Below, one piece after another: positions 60,001-64,000 of a DNA stretch of 64,000 bases. The stretch comes from Victivallis vadensis. Lineage in GTDB: Bacteria > Verrucomicrobiota > Kiritimatiellia > UBA8416 > CAMCYG01. The first letter of the stretch is position 1, and each line of letters begins with the position of its first letter. The stretch covers positions 3,512 to 67,511 of the forward strand of contig CAMCYG010000002.1 in NCBI GenBank assembly GCA_945883775.1, in the 5' to 3' direction. The position numbers were made by a program, and so were the translations under genes. Below the pieces are notes generated by a model, which saw only the letters and a list, made by a program, of their open reading frames with translations, was not told the origin of the DNA and searched no databases.

Positions 60001-63000
60001 AACTTAAACCCGGATTCCCAAGTGCTGGCCCGGCATTAGGGCCTGTCCAAACGTTAGCGCCGTTTATCATGCCCATCGGGCTCGAATCAGCTGCGCCCAC
60101 CACAATCGGTCCGCGCATCACATATCCAAAATTTGCCTGATTCGTAGTGATCATCTGCCCACCACCGACCCAACCATTGCAGGGGATTTCGGCTGATGGC
60201 GTCGACTGCTGAAGCTCACCATTGATGTAAAGCTCCAGTCTCTTTGTCAAACCATTATAGGAAGCAGCCAGATGCACCCACGCATTGGGAGCCAATACCC
60301 CACCTACAGCCCGTGCATTGACATTCAGCGTGTCAAAACCGGCTCCTGTGTATTCTGTGAACGGCACACCTGTCGCGTCTATACCAAGCCTGAAATTGTA
60401 ACGCAGACTTGTAGGCCAGCCCATCGGATTCCCGTTTTCGACCAGCAAAGGACGTTCCACTATTATCTGATCCGCACCTGAAACAGGATTTTCAGGCCTG
60501 ACCCATGCCTCAACCATCCAGTTTCTCAACACATCCTGCTCCGAAGGGAAATACGCCGCGACGGTCCTGGCCGCAGCATTGCCGTTAAGATATAGCGCCC
60601 TTCTCTTTAGCGGGAGCTCCGCGTCAAGCGGATCTGTATAGCCCGGGCTTGCCGAATCAGTTATTTCCGCCCGGTCTGCAATATTGTCATTATCAGTATC
60701 ATACCCCTCATTGACCTCAAAATCGAACATATAACTTGGCGCAAACCCATACGCCAAGTCCACATCATCCCAGTACCACGGTAAAGTCCCAGTCGAGTAA
60801 TACAGATTCACAAAGCTCTGCTGGTAACTGGTATCGGTCACCCATATCGGCGTCGGATCGGTATGGTATCTCTGCGGATTTATCGAACCCGGCTGTAATG
60901 ACTCGTCTATATTGGGCAAGCCATCCTGATCTGAATCACTGAACTGATGCCCTATAACGGCCGGTGCCAGTCTGACGTCGAACGTAGGCCAATCGCTAAA
61001 GGAGAATGGCACATTAAGGCCCCAACCCACGATCCAAACCCCTTTATAGATATCATACCCGCCAAGTATAGGATTCAGGCAATGGAACACCTCATAATAG
61101 TCGTCCATGTTGTCCATATCTGAGTCGTCATTGACCGGTGCCGAGCCAGCGAATTCCTCTAAAGGATAGTGAAAATCAGGAAGATCAGCGAGAAGAGCAG
61201 GTGTTGTCATGGCAAAAACATAAGGAATCGTACCCAATGACGCCTGCCAGAGATCCGCATCACCATAATAATGCCAATCCCACTCATAGGGGGTACCAGT
61301 CGCGGAATTGATAGGATCATATCCGAAAAGCCCCAATCCCGCCGCCCATGAGCCATACTGCCATGACGGCACAAAACATGTCAGATATTCCTGATAATTC
61401 TGAAGTCCATCCTGATCGTAATCATATCGCAAGGGAGCTTTTTGAAAATAGTTACTATTTGTGTAGTTCCCATTTGCAAACAAATTTGTACCCGAGTCAT
61501 CAAAAGTCCCATCCATACCGTTACGACCGGAAGCGCTGTTGAGATTTGTCGTCGCTGTATTCTGGTAGACAAACTCCCAATTATCAGGTATGTGGTCGCC
61601 GTCTGTGTCAACGCTAGTGGGATTCAACCCACCGCCCTCATAACAATGCATCGCGCGCGCGCCGCCGGGATAAATCTGTGAAAATTCTGCGCCATCCATG
61701 ACCTGGTCCCCATCAGTGTCGAGATTATATGGATCTGTCGGAAAGTGTTTATTCAACCAGGTTTCATATTCGGTTGGAATGCTGTTTGTAACAGGAACCC
61801 AAGCAGTGCCATCAAAGATCGAATTTGTTGACTCACTCATGTAAGCATTAAAGAACTCACCAGCGTTATCAAGCCCGTCCCCGTCCACGTCAGAGCCACC
61901 AGGCCCTACATATAACTCCCAGCCGTCAAACGCTCCATCGCCGTCAGTATCCGGATTACGAGGATGAGTGAGGTTAAGAAATTCGTCTAAAGTCGTATAG
62001 TCTCTCGTGTTCTCATTGTGTGTCGGCGTAAGACTCCACATATACTCCCAAGGCTCATAAGTTGCATTTGCAACTGCGGTCCTGGGATCAAAACCATACG
62101 CGACATACACAGCATTATGCTCATTACCAATACCGTCATCAGCCATAAAGTCTCTATCGGGATTCGACGCAGCGTCTGCGGTTGGCGGGGTTGTTACTAG
62201 TAGCCACGGATCGAAACCGAAGCTGATCTCCCACTCATCGGGCAAACCGTCAGCATCTATATCTACGTAATTCGGATTAGATGTCGCACCTCGCTGGGCA
62301 CGTACGCTTACACTATACTCATCCAAATTAACATAAGGCAGAGGTGGGGTTCCAGCCTGAGCAGTAATATCATCATAGTAAAAGTCGCCATCAGGATTAC
62401 CATTCGGTCCATTGTCTATATCTACATCGCCATCATCCAATGGCGAAGGATGAGCACCCGCAGCCAAACCTGCCATTTGCGATGCGATCTCAAAGCTATG
62501 CTCCCAACCATCCGGCATTCCATCAATATCAGTGTCAGCAAGCAACGGATCTGTTGTCCCAAATGTCCCGGCTGCATAAGGCGGGATATTAGTTCCAACA
62601 AGTATTCTCTGATATTCCTCAAGATTAGTGAAGGGAGTGACCGTTTTTCCGCTGAATGTAACATTCTCAGCCAAGGCCAGATAGTCGAAATCGCCGTCCG
62701 GATTGCCCGTCGCGCCCATATCGCCCTTGTTGTCGAGCGGGTCAAGAGTGTAGGTGATCTCCCATTCATCAGGCATCCCGTCCCCATCGGTATCAGGATC
62801 ATTGGGATCAGTTGAAAGCAACATGATTACCAGGAACTGTCCCAAAGGAATATTTTCTACGCCGGCATTTTCGACAAACTGCTGATATTCCCTTAAATTA
62901 GTGAAGTTGCCGACAGTAAAACCTGTTAATTTATCAAACAACAGATCGCCGTCCGGGTTTCCAGAAGCGCCATCAACTCCCGCCGCGCTAGTTGGATTCA

Positions 63001-64000
63001 GCCCGAAATACGCTTCCCAGCCGTCGTACATTCCATCGGCATCGGTATCAGGATCATTCGGTCTCGTTGACGGTTGTCCATTATAACCATTGAACTCCTG
63101 CCTATTCGTCAATCCGTCCTCGTCAGGATCTATTCCGGCATCAGCTACATCTTTTGGATCAAGCAAATTATCGATTTCATACCCATCGTCCATTCCGTCA
63201 CCGTCGGTATCAGTGTTCTGCGGATTAGTTGCATCTGTATCCAAACCGATGCCATCTGGACGCTGACCATCCTTCCCCAAATACTCAAGGAAGTTGGACA
63301 GCCCATCAACATCAGCATCAGTAAATTGTCCATGCAGCCCAGCGCTCGTTGCTGGGGAAAGCCCATATAAAGCCTCCCACGCATCATTCATTTGATCACC
63401 ATCTGTATCGTAAGCTTTGGGATTTGTCTGCGTGAACCTGTTCGTAGAATAAATACCGCCAGTATTGCCGTTCAGCGGGCCAAGAAACTCTTCAATGTTG
63501 GAAAGGCCGTCAGCATCTGCATCTCCGGCTGCGCCATCCTGTCCATCCGCACTCAAGGGATTCAAACCGTATTTAACTTCAAAGTCATCCCGCATTCCAT
63601 CATCATCGGTGTCAGATTTCTGCGGATCAGTTGCGTCCGACGTGCCGATACCATTTCCGATCGGAACGGCGGTATCACGACCCCTATACTCCTGCATATT
63701 GGTCAGGTTATCAGCGTCGACATTACCCGTTTGTCCGTCGTTCCCGGTGGAAACCATAGGATTAAGCCCATAATTCGCCTCCCAGCCGTCATTCATTCCA
63801 TCGCCGTCCGAATCGGGATTGTCGCGATCCGTACGCAAGAAATTCGCAACAAGATTGATTCCAGATGGGTTTCCGTTAATTGGACCATTCCATTCCTGAA
63901 GATTTGTTAGTCCGTCGCCATCTGAATCTAACGCACCATCAGCTCCGGGATAAGGACCGGTTGTATCAATAAAGTTGGCAGTAACATTAATCTGATTACC
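57044..64000 (-). CDS. giant secreted/surface protein (>2,300 aa; N-terminus beyond the window) with ~20 thrombospondin-type-3-like calcium-binding repeats and a LamG/concanavalin-A-like domain
   Basis: A single open frame runs from 57044 to the window end. The frame continues upstream of the TTG the track used at 63838 (…DSDGDGLTNLQEWNGPINGNP… reads through with no stop). DxDxDG[ML]xDxWE motifs recur, each followed by G-x-[DN]-P spacers and [LF][ST]N[LF]xE[YF] motifs. A LamG-like jelly-roll block is present (ALYLNGNAAARTVAAYFPS...NWMVEAWVRPE...WVHLAASYNGLTKRLELYINGEL). The C-terminal ~450 aa are beta-rich and Ig/FN3-like. Confidence 0.85.
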   Translation of the reverse strand, partial: GNQINVTANFIDTTGPYPGADGALDSDGDGLTNLQEWNGPINGNPSGINLVANFLRTDRDNPDSDGDGMNDGWEANYGLNPMVSTGNDGQTGNVDADNLTNMQEYRGRDTAVPIGNGIGTSDATDPQKSDTDDDGMRDDFEVKYGLNPLSADGQDGAAGDADADGLSNIEEFLGPLNGNTGGIYSTNRFTQTNPKAYDTDGDQMNDAWEALYGLSPATSAGLHGQFTDADVDGLSNFLEYLGKDGQRPDGIGLDTDATNPQNTDTDGDGMDDGYEIDNLLDPKDVADAGIDPDEDGLTNRQEFNGYNGQPSTRPNDPDTDADGMYDGWEAYFGLNPTSAAGVDGASGNPDGDLLFDKLTGFTVGNFTNLREYQQFVENAGVENIPLGQFLVIMLLSTDPNDPDTDGDGMPDEWEITYTLDPLDNKGDMGATGNPDGDFDYLALAENVTFSGKTVTPFTNLEEYQRILVGTNIPPYAAGTFGTTDPLLADTDIDGMPDGWEHSFEIASQMAGLAAGAHPSPLDDGDVDIDNGPNGNPDGDFYYDDITAQAGTPPLPYVNLDEYSVSVRAQRGATSNPNYVDIDADGLPDEWEISFGFDPWLLVTTPPTADAASNPDRDFMADDGIGNEHNAVYVAYGFDPRTAVANATYEPWEYMWSLTPTHNENTRDYTTLDEFLNLTHPRNPDTDGDGAFDGWELYVGPGGSDVDGDGLDNAGEFFNAYMSESTNSIFDGTAWVPVTNSIPTEYETWLNKHFPTDPYNLDTDGDQVMDGAEFSQIYPGGARAMHCYEGGGLNPTSVDTDGDHIPDNWEFVYQNTATTNLNSASGRNGMDGTFDDSGTNLFANGNYTNSNYFQKAPLRYDYDQDGLQNYQEYLTCFVPSWQYGSWAAGLGLFGYDPINSATGTPYEWDWHYYGDADLWQASLGTIPYVFAMTTPALLADLPDFHYPLEEFAGSAPVNDDSDMDNMDDYYEVFHCLNPILGGYDIYKGVWIVGWGLNVPFSFSDWPTFDVRLAPAVIGHQFSDSDQDGLPNIDESLQPGSINPQRYHTDPTPIWVTDTSYQQSFVNLYYSTGTLPWYWDDVDLAYGFAPSYMFDFEVNEGYDTDNDNIADRAEITDSASPGYTDPLDAELPLKRRALYLNGNAAARTVAAYFPSEQDVLRNWMVEAWVRPENPVSGADQIIVERPLLVENGNPMGWPTSLRYNFRLGIDATGVPFTEYTGAGFDTLNVNARAVGGVLAPNAWVHLAASYNGLTKRLELYINGELQQSTPSAEIPCNGWVGGGQMITTNQANFGYVMRGPIVVGAADSSPMGMINGANVWTGPNAGPALGNPGLSSFFKGWIDEVRIWDGIVSAQIIQDNMMRRMKRTDIVTLNAQGDILDNYAPMLLYHYSFDDLPDPDHSSVSPDGFNLVSGRPNDGSYAGNEFWRTAPDRSTVYNDYNYVPWIDNTASHMPLTNPVLDSLSINWPWVVPIGTITTTTTTTGTNGVTTTNRVTANINITNEFPNASNPYGLTYRTSIQSGYEDHPFAYDLIDLIYSRYTAAVMDDLLPLRQAVADEDIELWDNLGKGTEPFDTDGDGLPDDWEIAAGLDANDATGSNGAWGDPDKDGLVNLYEYMAFVDSFGGIYLDPMRADTDGDGKNDYFDSYGNSGVPYGAKFDDGDGMPDWWEAQFAPILSRLRYDANEDPDNDGSDNLREYLNGGNPTVADYPENMINGSAYYEGNLNGSLWVNTFSVSTYDDNLRDVGTSTNDARARAWHITASAWPDENNKTYFLSYLKEGVEENTSDANWDSTADTYEPGDPYFVADLDCVYGDTANLNYYLTEESAIPWFKAFTWVNASATPTNVFVRLTRLDIDNSPVILQKTLRDRNYFFKPDYQTATYLDGNNYYYGLPQGSYEWQIFDYENGTMLQKDRFFVPMSSSGTPVLVRPINGDMITSQKHIFEWSSATNEPRYEIEITSANGVNYTKMFAAPYRFQTGLFKQSMPVDATTTYGLFGSGGSFTNGNYQWRIRPHNNASYGSWSGYGSFSLAITNPPQQYVGAPALSGTVSYFGKATGNIYVMAYNKPDLRTGVDGMKKLSTAGAYTINGLQHDIYYVQAFIDVNGNSIADPWEPLGVARDVSEGIRYEYAIEYSLRVVNLLTTESVTGVNIVISDRDTDNDNVPDGWEYQNYAGSLATSGSADTDGDGILNYVEYAFGTSYNSVDTDGDISIGGANDLAEIAAGSNPNVAGPVSQIAISGLTIDGSGNINVNWMTYSNLGAVPIRFTVETSSDLITWVPIDQYTSDGVNGGNAAVVDDVNIAPAPPSTVYYRITYGIANQ

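Noticed and set aside
57161-63910. Numerous 60-170-aa ORFs on the plus strand across the giant gene (e.g. 63392-63910, 62450-62815, 59088-59420)
   Set aside because: These are antisense shadow ORFs of the long minus-strand coding frame. They are low-complexity, have no ribosome-binding sites, and are explained by the repetitive Asp/Gly codon content of the sense strand.

Overview
This 64-kb window looks like a chromosomal segment from a diderm (Gram-negative-type) bacterium of moderate GC content, probably an uncultivated lineage. It is densely coding and mostly housekeeping. Recognisable genes include peptide deformylase, PepN, Orn, TrpS, ScpA/ScpB, an aromatic amino-acid cluster (chorismate mutase, HisC-like aminotransferase, TyrA, AroA), Cmk and IF-1. 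There is also a sulfur amino-acid cluster (cysK, an Rrf2 regulator, metY), a Crp/Fnr regulator, an FMN-riboswitch-controlled rib operon (ribBA-ribH-nusB-ribD-ribE), RNase P RNA, lepA-lepB, rpe, truA, ruvX, manC, coaX, rnc, xerD, ilvD, a MiaB-family methylthiotransferase, proS, HU/IHF, hisS, aspS and an L,D-transpeptidase. I found no rRNA, tRNA, CRISPR array, transposase or phage genes. Three regions look non-housekeeping and are the best candidates for an undescribed system. (1) Positions 1-7406 on the minus strand hold a translationally coupled 8-gene operon encoding a secreted small beta-barrel-like protein, an active HtrA-like S1C protease, a paralogue that has lost all three catalytic residues, three membrane-anchored proteins of unknown function, and an ABC-2 exporter. 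(2) Positions 57044 to beyond 64000 encode a giant surface protein of more than 2,300 aa with about 20 thrombospondin-type-3-like calcium-binding repeats and a LamG-like domain, followed by a Ser/Thr/Gly-rich lipoprotein. (3) Around 45.3-46.7 kb there is a cluster of structured palindromic repeats. One of them recurs at 54.9 kb with compensatory base changes, and they flank a stand-alone gene for a basic protein of unknown function.
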